Assembly: GCF_006345805.1 (NCBI RefSeq)
Contig: NW_021824621.1
Coordinates: forward strand, 1 to 17,931
Direction of reading: 5' to 3'
Length of the DNA: 17,931 nucleotides
From: Octopus sinensis
Taxonomy: Eukaryota
Positions 1 to 9,329 of the stretch are shown piece by piece. Below the pieces are notes generated by a model. It saw only the letters and a program-made list of their open reading frames with translations. It ran no database searches and was not told the origin of the DNA. Position 1 is the first letter of the stretch. Every line of letters starts with the position of its first letter. The position numbers and the translations under genes were made by a program.

Positions 1-40
1 TAGCCATAACCTAATTCAAATTACATTTATATATATATAT

Positions 41-71
<31 letters not shown>

Positions 72-321
72 ACTATATATATTATTTTGCACATTACTTA
101 ATCATCGTTTATGTTTTTATCTTATATTTAATCTTTCTATAATATGTAATTTCTAGATGGTATAATTTAATTTTTCATTATTGAATAGATAAAAGGATTT
201 TTTTTTCTCATTTATATATATATATATATAGTTATATTTTGTGAAATTTGATTTAGTATTTCTAAATTGAATTTTTCCCTGTAAGTTTGGAATAATATTC
301 CCTCGTATATTATAATTATTT

Positions 322-342
322 GTAGTAGTAGTAGTAGTAGTT

Positions 343-387
<45 letters not shown>

Positions 388-439
388 TATGTGTGTGTGT
401 GTTGTGTGTGTGTGTGTGTGTGCGTGTGCATATGTGTGT
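322..439. repeat. Compound (GTA)n + (GT)n microsatellite
   Basis: Visible GTA run ~322-387 followed by GT run. Confidence 0.95.
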
Positions 440-514
440 CGACTAAAACCCTTCAAAGCGGAGCTCCGCTCAAATGACTGAAAAACTTAAATGAATAAAC
501 GAATATAAAAGAAT
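439..514 (+). mobile_element. Degenerate 3' tail fragment of SINE family 1
   Basis: gactaaa...gcgg.gctcc...tcaaatgactgaaa...ataaaagaat matches the tails at 1914-1978 and 6112-6175, with an internal deletion. Confidence 0.7.
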
Positions 515-1526
515 GTGTGTGTCTGTGTGTTTGCGCATATACAAAGCAGAAAATTCAGTATTTAATAAAACGAATCATAAATGTATGCCAACTCGCTGCC
601 TTACTCTGTACAATGTAATGAGCAATCTGTTCTTACTTTTGTTTACAACCTGTACTATTTGGATGTATGCACACAGACACGCACATATACAGGCGAACAG
701 ATTCATATTTGTAATATTACCGGCTCAAAGCAAGATTAAAATGTTATATAAAGACGTTGTTATCATTGCTAATTAGATTAACCGCCCTTTTCTTAGAGGA
801 AAAGAACAAGAGAAAGAGTAGCATCGTAAGTAGATTAATTTTCTTTTGGTACTACTGGCATTATACATTATCTACATTTGTTTTCATATACTCAAGAAAT
901 GGTAACGTATGCAGCATTTCATTAGGCACCACAGTCTTGCTCACAGCACTAAATATTTTAATAATGTTTTGCTACTTCACAAGCATAGAGTATTACATCT
1001 TGAACTCATTTTCCTTTAGATGTTAATATACCAGCAGTCAAACTCAGATTCTTATTACAAAAATGTCTTTCAAAACAGCGCTCTCTGTATTCGCAGAACC
1101 AACAAGTATACATTTGATACCATGTAATATTCACTGACTTTCATAAAAGCAAGGATCTGACCGCAGCAGGGAAATCACTACTAATAAAAACCATAATTCA
1201 CGTATATAACTCTCAAAACTTTAAAACTTGAAATTATTCAAGATATATATATATATATATATTATATATATAATATATATATTATATATATATCTAATAT
1301 GTTGTATATGTAAATACACACACACACACACACCCACACACACACACACCACACACACACACATATATTATAGATATATATATATATATATGTCTGTGTG
1401 TGTGTGTGCGTATTATACCGCGTTTTTTAACAAGGCACGTCCATAATAGATCATTTTTCAAAACCTATACCACCATGAATTTCTCTTCACGTTTGATTTA
1501 TGCTTTGTATATTATATAGATACACA

Positions 1527-1690
1527 GGCGTAGGAGTGGCTGTGTGGTAAGTAGCTTGCTTACCAGCCACATGGTTCCGGGTTCAGTCCCACTGTGTGGC
1601 ACCTTGGGAAAGTGTCTTCTACTATAGCCACGAGTTGACCAAAGCCTTGAGTGGATTTGGACGGAAATTATATATGTATATATATATATG

Positions 1691-1736
<46 letters not shown>

Positions 1737-1978
1737 TGTGTGTATGTGTGTGTGTGTGTGTATACGTTTGTGTGTCTGTGTTTGTCCCCCCCCATCATTG
1801 CTTGACAACCGATGCTGATGTGTTTACGTCCCTGTAACTTTGCGGTTCGGCAAAAGATACCGATAAAATAAGTATTACGCTTACAAAGAATAAGTCCTGG
1901 GGTGGATTTGCTTGACTAAAGGTGGCGCTCCAGCATGGCCACAGTCAAATGACTGAAAAGTGTAACAGAATAAAAGAG
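1527..1978 (+). mobile_element. Full-length tRNA-derived SINE (family 1, octopus-type) with internal AT/GT microsatellite
   Basis: A-box-like TGGCTGTGTGG 1537-1547; B-box-like GGTTCAGTCC 1580-1589; internal microsatellite ~1668-1762; 3' half ends ccagcatggccacagtcaaatgactgaaa...aataaaagag. Related fragments at 2999, 5990, 6249 and 9330. Confidence 0.9.
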
Positions 1979-2311
1979 ATATAGATCGTTGAATATATGA
2001 ACGTATATATATATATATCAAATGAAAGAGAGGGAACGAGATGGAGAAAGAAAGAAAGAAAAAAGAGAGTGAGAGAGAGAGACTAGGTGATAAATATCAT
2101 TCAAAACACAAATTACTCAATACAATTCACAATATGTGTTTTAATCTAGGCATAATACTATTTTTTATTTTGGTATTAGGTATACGTGTGAACCAACCGT
2201 TTTATTACTCTTCTGGCTCCATCAGTATGACGACATGAAATTTTACAGAAAAGAAATATTTACATACATTGATGTGTGTGTGTGTATATATAGATATATG
2301 TGTGTTTATGT

Positions 2312-2695
2312 GGAGGCGCAATGGCCCAGTGGTTAGGGCAGCGGACTCGCGGTCGAAGGATCGCGGTTTCGATTCCCAGACCGGGCGTTGTGAGTGTTTA
2401 TTGAGCGAAAACACCTGAAGCACCACGAGGCTCCGACAGGGATGGTGGTGATCCCTGCTGTACTCTTTCACCACAACTTTCTCTCACTCTTACTTCCTGT
2501 TTCTGTTGTACCTGTATTTCAAAGGGCCGGCCTTGTCACTCCTCTGTGTCACGCTGAATATCCCCGAAAACTACGTTAATGGTACACGTGTCTGTGGAGT
2601 GCTCAGCCATTACACGTTAATTTCACGAGCAGGCTGTTCCGTTGATCAACCGGATCAACCGGAAACCCCTCGTCGTCGTGAACGACGGATTGCTT
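2312..2695 (+). mobile_element. Full-length tRNA-derived SINE (family 2)
   Basis: A-box TGGCCCAGTGG 2322-2332; B-box-like GTTTCGATTCC ~2366-2376; 3' part recurs at 14386-14502; 9-bp internal duplication gatcaaccg at 2644-2661. Confidence 0.9.
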
Positions 2696-2740
2696 AAAGA
2701 TGTGTGTTTTGTGTGGGGATAGAGGGAAAGAGAAATAAAT

Positions 2741-2781
2741 ATATCTATGATATATATATATATATATGTATCTATATATAC

Positions 2782-2823
<42 letters not shown>

Positions 2824-2852
2824 GTTTATATATATGTATAATATATATACAT

Positions 2853-2897
<45 letters not shown>

Positions 2898-2988
2898 GTA
2901 TATATATATAAAGTTATATATATAATATATATAATATATATTTAGATAGATGGATAGATATATAGACAGATAGATAGCTATATACATA
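2741..2988. repeat. (AT)n / (ATAG)n compound microsatellite
   Basis: Seen directly. Confidence 0.95.
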
Positions 2989-2998
2989 CTCTTCTATT

Positions 2999-3195
2999 CT
3001 TTTCTTTTATTCTTTTACTTGTTTCAGTCATTTGACTGCGGCCATGCTGGAGCACCTCTTTAGTCGCACAAATCGACACACTACATATTCTTTATAAACG
3101 TAGTAATCATTCTATCGGCCTCTTTTGCCAAACCACTATGTTACGGGGACATAAGCACGCCAACATTAATGGGGCGACAAACACAGACACACAAA
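2999..3195 (-). mobile_element. 3' half of a SINE family 1 copy
   Basis: Reverse complement of the family 1 3' half (cagtcatttgactgcggccatgctggagcac...gacaaacacagacac). Confidence 0.9.
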
Positions 3196-3223
3196 TACAT
3201 ATATACATAATACATACGTATAC

Positions 3224-3261
<38 letters not shown>

Positions 3262-3280
3262 ATCTATATATACATATGTA

Positions 3281-3447
3281 AGTCCCGTGTGATTCGGGGT
3301 TAACCACAGTAAATAAGGTACTCAATACATAGTAGAGTAAAATTAATTTTTATATAGAAGGAGCTTCTACAGGACTAGAACTGTTTCATTCAAGAAAATC
3401 TTCAGGAGCTAGTTTTACAAGAAGTGTATTGATTGCCATTTATACAT
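3281..3447 (-). mobile_element. Penelope-like element terminal repeat (pLTR) fragment, family P1
   Basis: Direct repeat of 5623-5786 and contains a type I HHR. The PLE call is inferred from the HHR, TATA-like and polyA motifs and the tandem/inverted arrangement; no RT ORF is present. Confidence 0.65.
3362..3410 (-). ncRNA. Type I hammerhead ribozyme (P1 copy 1)
   Basis: Minus strand: AGCTC-CUGAAGA-UUUUCUUGAAU-GAAA-CAG-UUCUAGUC-CUG-UA^GAAGCU; stem I has one bulged A. Confidence 0.75.
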
Positions 3448-4362
3448 ATGTATATATATGCGTGTGTATGTGTATGTGTATATGTACATATACGTGTACG
3501 CTCGTATTTTTATGTATATGTAGGTACGTAGAGTTTATCTATGTGTGTATGTATTTGTACATGTGTGTAAGTATGTATAATATATATTGTGTGTTATATG
3601 TGTGTGTATTTATAATGTGTATATGTGTATATGTATATATATGTGTGTATATGTATATATATATATATAATGTTATATATATATATATATATAATCTATT
3701 ATATATATATATATCCTTTGTAAGTTTATATGTATGTATCCGTCTATATAATAGGTAACTGCACGTACATATAATTAATTTTATTTTTATTTTTGAGTAT
3801 GCATGTATGAATAACTGCGCGTATATATATTTTTACTATTTACTTATTTTTTGAGTATGCATGTAAGTATGAATATAAGGAGCACGTGTGTGTGTGTTGT
3901 ATGTGTAAGCATAGATATATGTATACTTTAACGCATGTGTGTACTTATGTGTATATATGGATGCGCGGTGTGTGTGTGTGTGTATGGGTACGCATGTACA
4001 TGTGTATGTGCGTGTGGTATGTGTATATGAGTATGTATGTATGTTTGTGCGTATATTTATATGTATGTATGTATATGTATGTGTTTTTGTATGTATATAT
4101 ATAATATATATATATGTGTGTGGGATGTGTATGTATGTATATGTATATGTGTATGTATTTGTATGTGTATGCATGCGCGTATATATATGTACGTATATGA
4201 TACGTGTGGCTGTGTGTATGTGAAATAAATGTATGTATGTATGGATGTATGGATGTATGTATGTATGTATACGTATGTATGTGTATGTGTGTATATGTAT
4301 GTATGTGTATGTGTGTATATATTATTATATATATATATGTATATGGTATATGTATGTATATG

Positions 4363-4393
<31 letters not shown>

Positions 4394-4860
4394 CTAATGT
4401 ATGTATATATATGTGAATATGTATATATATGTATATATATATATACATGTATGTATTTGTATGTAGGTGTATATGTATGTGTGTGATATTTTATTTATTG
4501 GTGTATATGTTATAGACTAGCTTCTAAGAGTGTATACATGAATCTGTAGGTACGCGTACGTATGTGTATATACGTGAATGTCTGTAGATGTATGTATGTA
4601 TGAATATAAACGCGTGCGTGCGTGTATGTGTATGAGTGTGCGAATGAGTGAGTGTACGTGCTAAAGAGTGTGCGTGAGTAAATGAGTGCTTGTTTTCCAG
4701 TACACAGATAAATGGACTGGCTGTCATAGCCAAGATGTTTGTGACCAGCGATCAAAGATAACAAAAGTAATAAATGAAGATAATAAAATTAAAATTAGGA
4801 ATGGGTCTGTATTTGTATGTGTATATATATGTGTGTTTGTGTAGGTATGCATAGGTACAC

Positions 4861-4896
<36 letters not shown>

Positions 4897-5240
4897 TATG
4901 TATATGTATGTGTGTGTATAGTGTGTGTATGTGTATATATGTGTATATAGGGACTAGTGTGCTGTGTGTGCATATGTGTGTGTGGATATGTGTGTGTATG
5001 CGTGTATGTGAGTATGTGTGTGTATGTATATATATTTTTCTGTGTGTATTGTATGTGTGGTCGTGTGTGTTATATACATGTGTGTATACGTGTATGCATG
5101 TGAGTGTGTGTATGTATACATATATGTGTATGTAGATATGTATATGTATGTGTAAGTGTAATATATATGTATATATGTGTGGTGTACGTGTGTGTGTATG
5201 TATATGTATATAGTTTGTATGGTGTGTTATATGTATACAT
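3448..5240 (+). repeat. Long aperiodic TG/TA-rich low-complexity tract
   Basis: Irregular mix of TG, TA and TATG units with G almost all on the + strand; 56-bp tandem duplication at 3756-3864; short unique island ~4685-4810. Confidence 0.9.
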
Positions 5241-5402
5241 ATTGCATAGGTATAAGTGAGAATCTCCTTACTTACCTAAAACTCTATTCCCTTTTTTTAT
5301 ATATATTTTTATATATTTTTTTATATATTTTTTTCATTTTTTTGTTTTATTTATTCTTATCTATCTAATTTAACACTGACTCCTTGACCACTCCCCCCCA
5401 AT

Positions 5403-5572
5403 ATGATATTTTGTCGCTATGCCTACCCCCAAAAAAGTCCCCCACCAACACCCCTTTAAACCTGCCTAATGTATAAATGGCAATACAATTCTTGTTAACT
5501 AGCTTCCTGAAGATTTCTCTTGAAGAAACAGTTCTAGTCCTGTAGAAGCTCCTTCTATTAATAAATCTAATT
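5403..5572 (+). mobile_element. P1 pLTR fragment, inverted relative to 5686-5850
   Basis: Reverse complement of 5686-5850; TATAAA 5472-5477, HHR 5501-5550, AATAAA 5560-5565. Confidence 0.65.
5501..5550 (+). ncRNA. Type I hammerhead ribozyme (P1 copy 2)
   Basis: Stem I AGCTTC 5501-5506 / GAAGCT 5545-5550; CTGAAGA 5507-5513; stem II TTC-TCTT-GAA; GAAA 5525-5528; stem III ACAG/CTGT; GUA triplet, predicted cut after 5544. Confidence 0.85.
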
Positions 5573-5622
5573 ATATATTACATATATATATATTATTCTA
5601 TATATATATAATATATAATATG

Positions 5623-5850
5623 TAGGTCCCGGGTGATCCGGGGTTAACCACAGTAAGTAAGGTACTCAATACATAGCAGAGTAAAATTAATTTATTATAT
5701 AGAAGGAGCTTCTACAGGACTAGTACTGTTTCATTCAGAGAATCTCAGGAAGCTAGTTAACAAGAATTGTATTGCCATTTATACATTTAGGCAGTTTAAA
5801 GGGGTGTTGGTGGGGGACTTTTTGGGGGTAGGCATAGCGCAAAATCTCAT
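5623..5850 (-). mobile_element. P1 pLTR fragment (longest copy)
   Basis: Contains TATA-like motif, HHR and AATAAA on the minus strand; its 3' end abuts the (AT)n tract at ~5575-5620. Confidence 0.65.
5707..5754 (-). ncRNA. Type I hammerhead ribozyme (P1 copy 3; core reads CUGA-GA)
   Basis: Minus: AGCUUC-CUGAGA-UUC-UCU-GAA-U-GAAA-CAG-UACUAGUC-CUG-UA^GAAGCU. N7 is missing, either a real mutation or a sequencing deletion. Confidence 0.7.
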
Positions 5851-5901
5851 GCTTGCCTGAAGATTTCTCTTGAATGAAACAGTACTAGTCCTGTAGAAGC
5901 T
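5851..5901 (+). ncRNA. Type I hammerhead ribozyme (P1 copy 4) in a short inverted pLTR piece (5851-5918)
   Basis: GCTTGC-CTGAAGA(5857-5863)-TTTCTCTTGAAT-GAAA(5876-5879)-CAG-TACTAGTC-CTG-TA^GAAGCT(5896-5901); stem I has one bulge. Confidence 0.8.
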
Positions 5902-5989
5902 CCTTCTATATAATAAATATATATATATATATATAGTATATATTATATATAATATACGTATACGTATGTATTACGTATATATTATTTGT

Positions 5990-6175
5990 TGTCTGTGTTT
6001 GTCGCCCCTTAATGTTGGCGTGCTTATGTCCCCGTAACATAGTTGTTTGGTAAAAGAGGCCGATAGAATGATTACTACGTTTATAAAGAATATGTGTGTG
6101 TCGATTTGTGCGACTAAGAGGTGCTCCAGCATGGCCGCAGTCAAATGACTGAAACAAGTAAAAGAATAAAAGAAT
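5990..6175 (+). mobile_element. 3' half of SINE family 1; inverted duplicate of 2999-3195
   Basis: Shares copy-specific changes with 2999-3195 that are absent from the 1527-1978 copy (tgtgcgactaa(a)gaggtgctcc; gcccc(a/t)taatgttggcgtgcttatgtcccc). Confidence 0.9.
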
Positions 6176-6248
6176 ATATATATATATATATATATATATA
6201 TCTACATATAAAGAAGCCTGTCGTACATATATATATACATATATATAT

Positions 6249-6402
6249 GACGGGCTTCTTTCAGTTTCCATCTACCAATTCCAGTCACAAGGCTTTGGTC
6301 AGCCCGAGCCTAGATTAGAAGACACTTGCCGAAGACGCCACAAGGTGGGACTGAACCAGGAACCATGTGCTTTGGAAGCTAGCTTCTTACCACACAACCA
6401 CT
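6249..6402 (-). mobile_element. 5' (tRNA-like head) half of SINE family 1
   Basis: Reverse complement of 1535-1665-like sequence (gtggttgtgtggtaagaagc...ggttcagtcccac...aaagaagcccgtc). Confidence 0.85.
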
Positions 6403-6668
6403 ACAAAGAGTAACAGAATCAACATCAATACTGTCTACGATAAACAGATAAATAGATAAATAATATAGGGAAACACAAATTCTTCGTGAGAAGTCTGGAG
6501 CTGAGGTCAGCAATATTATGTTAGTTTTGATATTCTATCTCTAAATGGAAGAGGACTATCGATTCCACTTGCATATGGTTTCCCATGGCTACAAGATTAC
6601 TGAGTTGAGAGGCTTGTTATATAACGTGCACTTGTATCCAGCGAGGTCACTTATGACGGGTCTCTCGA

Positions 6669-6691
6669 GATATATATATATTATGTTTATA

Positions 6692-6722
<31 letters not shown>

Positions 6723-6723
6723 G

Positions 6724-6787
<64 letters not shown>

Positions 6788-6790
6788 TTA
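6669..6790. repeat. (AT)n microsatellite
   Basis: Seen directly. Confidence 0.95.
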
Positions 6791-7711
6791 TATTCATACA
6801 TACAGTCATACGTACAGTCATACATGATATACCCTGTATATACATATCAACTTCTTCATTTCGACTCCAGCTTTCTTGCTTTGCTTTATGTATTTATAAT
6901 CTGGGGTTAATAAATTCGATAAAGATAATGGTAGTTATGAGTTCCGATATCAATAATAATGATGATGATGATAATAAGTGTTCGACATGATAAAATAACT
7001 ATAATGACCGTCAAACATGGCAAACATGGAGCTTAGAAAACGTGTGGTATGTAAAAATCTGATACACAAAGACTAAGGGATAACTGTCTCTACTACTGTG
7101 CGTGATGAAATTTGAACATCTAATTCAATTTTTAATTTCCGTTGGGAAATATATATTATATATGTTCCCCTTCTTTCTCTCTTCATCTGTCCCTTTCTCC
7201 TCTCTCTTGTGCTCACGTGACCAGCCAGCGACTACTGCCTTTTCGCATCCAGCAGTCATTGTGGCAACACGTATTTGTTTGTTCTTCGTGGCCTTAAGGC
7301 ACTCCTCCATAGCCATCCCTAAACTTAACTCGTCCTGTCGAAAAGACGCTTGTCCTGACGTCCTGGTTTTGTTATTATTGTTTTTACGTATTTTGTATTC
7401 TTATTCGTGCTATCATTATTGTTTTTACGTATTTTTGTATTTTTATTCGTGTAACATCGTCCGTTTTCCGTCCCTGTGTTGTATACATTCGAGGCTTTCT
7501 TCCAAGGAATCTAATGCGCTTGGCTTAGATTTCCCTTGGGGGCTGCCCATATCGGAGCAATCTCAAGATTAATCAGCCGAAATTGCGAAGATGATCCGGT
7601 TCTTGACTGATGATTGAGGGCTCGAATGTCCCCGTGGGTGTTTTGTGTCGTCTTCGAATGTTTCACGTTCTTGTCCAAGTTTGTATATTTTTTTACTTTT
7701 ACCACACACAC

Positions 7712-7745
<34 letters not shown>

Positions 7746-7911
7746 ACAAAGATAAATGCGATACAATAAAATTAATTATAATCCCGGTGTACCAGTACAC
7801 GCCATATATTATACATATATCATTACATTCAAGGCGAAGAGTGCACTAGATACACAATAGCTGGATAATTTAGTGAGATGAGAAGTTAAAAACTTTTACA
7901 AACTTAACTTT

Positions 7912-7984
7912 TCTTATACTGCAGTTTCGCCAAATTCAGTAATAAAAATAGTATTTATTTACTCAGGCTGGCTCTTCAGTAAGA
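7912..7984 (-). ncRNA. Type I hammerhead ribozyme, retrozyme unit A1
   Basis: Minus: UCUUA-CUGAAGA(7979-7973)-GCCA...UGGC-GAAA-C-UGCA-GUA^UAAGA; predicted cut between 7917 and 7916; stem I extended by UUAAC/GUUAA. Confidence 0.9.
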
Positions 7985-8310
7985 TTCCTGTTAATGATGG
8001 AAAGACCATATCATAGATCCTGTGCGTCTATCGAAATGCTCTTTCTAAACTATTCAAAACACTGCGCAGACTCCGAACAAACCCGACAAAATAGGGGATT
8101 GTGGTATATCGTCTAACGGTCAGAAATTTATCGAGAGAATATGTAAACAAAGATAAATGCGATACAATAAAATTAATTTAATCGCCGGTGTACCAGTACA
8201 CCCATATATATACATATATCATTACATTCAAGGCGAAGAGTGCACTAGATACACAATAGCTTGATAAATTTAGTGAGATGAGAATTAAAAACTTTTACAA
8301 ACTTAACTTT

Positions 8311-8333
8311 TCTTATACTGCAGTTTCGCCAAA
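8311..8333 (-). ncRNA. 3' half of a hammerhead (unit A2), truncated in stem II
   Basis: Minus: UGGC-GAAA-CUGCA-GUA-UAAGA; CUGAAGA half replaced by (AT)n. Confidence 0.8.
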
Positions 8334-8353
8334 TATATATATATATAATATAT

Positions 8354-8392
<39 letters not shown>

Positions 8393-8552
8393 AAATTCAA
8401 AATGCGATAAAAAAATTAATTATTATCGCTGGTGTTTCTAGCACAGGCCATATTTATTCATATATAAGAACATTAAAGCGAAGTATGTACTAGAAACACA
8501 GAAGCTTGATAAATTTAGTGAATGAAGATAAAAACTTTTACTAACTCTGTTC

Positions 8553-8627
8553 ATCTTAGACTGCAGTTTCGCCTTTTTCAGCAATAAAAATAATATTTAT
8601 TTACTCAGGTAGGCTCTTCAGTAAGAT
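8553..8627 (-). ncRNA. Type I hammerhead ribozyme, retrozyme unit B1
   Basis: Minus: AUCUUA-CUGAAGA(8621-8615)-GCCU...AGGC-GAAA-C-UGCA-GUC^UAAGAU; predicted cut between 8559 and 8558. Confidence 0.92.
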
Positions 8628-8948
8628 TCCTGTTATTATGAAGCGCAACTCGATAGACACATCGTGCGTCTACTAATTTGCTCTTTCTACTAATCAGATC
8701 ACTGCGCAGACGCAGAACGAACCCGACAAACTAGGGATTTCTGGTATATAGTCTAACGCTCAAAATTTATCGATAAATATGTAAACAATTCAAAATGCGA
8801 TAAAATAAAATTATTATTATCGCTGGTGTTTCTAGCACAGGCCATATATAATTCATATATAAGTACATTAAAGGCGAAGTATGTACTAGAAACACAGAAG
8901 CTTGATAATTTAGTGAAATGAAGATAAAAACTTTTACTAACTCTGTTC

Positions 8949-9023
8949 ATCTTAGACTGCAGTTTCGCCTTTTTCAGCAATAAAAATAATATTTATTTAC
9001 TCAGGTAGGCTCTTCAGTAAGAT
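8949..9023 (-). ncRNA. Type I hammerhead ribozyme, retrozyme unit B2
   Basis: Identical to B1; CUGAAGA at 9017-9011; predicted cut between 8955 and 8954, 396 nt from the B1 site. Confidence 0.92.
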
Positions 9024-9329
9024 TCCTGTTATTATGAAGCGCAACTCGATAGACACATGTGCGTCTACTAATTTGCTCTTTCTAACTAATCAGATCACTG
9101 CGCAGACGCAGAACGAACCCGACAAACTAGGGATTTCTGGTATATAGTCTTACGCTCAAAATTTATCGAGAAATATGTAAACAAATTCAAAATGCGATAG
9201 AATAAAATTAATTATTATCGCTGGTGTTTCTAGCACAGGCCATATATTATTCATATATAAGTACATTAAAGGCGAAGTATGTACTAGAAACACTGAAGCT
9301 TGATAAATTTAGTGAAATGAAGATAAAAA

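Noticed and set aside
458-471. 12-bp palindrome GCGGAGCTCCGC, overlapping GAGCTCCGCTC that matches P2 stem II
   Set aside because: Explained by a deletion within a SINE tail; no hammerhead core around it.
2312-2385. tRNA-like sequences (also 1527, 11957, 14709)
   Set aside because: No complete cloverleaf with acceptor stem; each continues into a SINE body, so these are SINE heads, not tRNA genes.
7607-7631. CTGATGA...GAATGTC as a hammerhead
   Set aside because: GAAA is absent, stem II would need a 2-nt loop, and there is no stem I complementarity.
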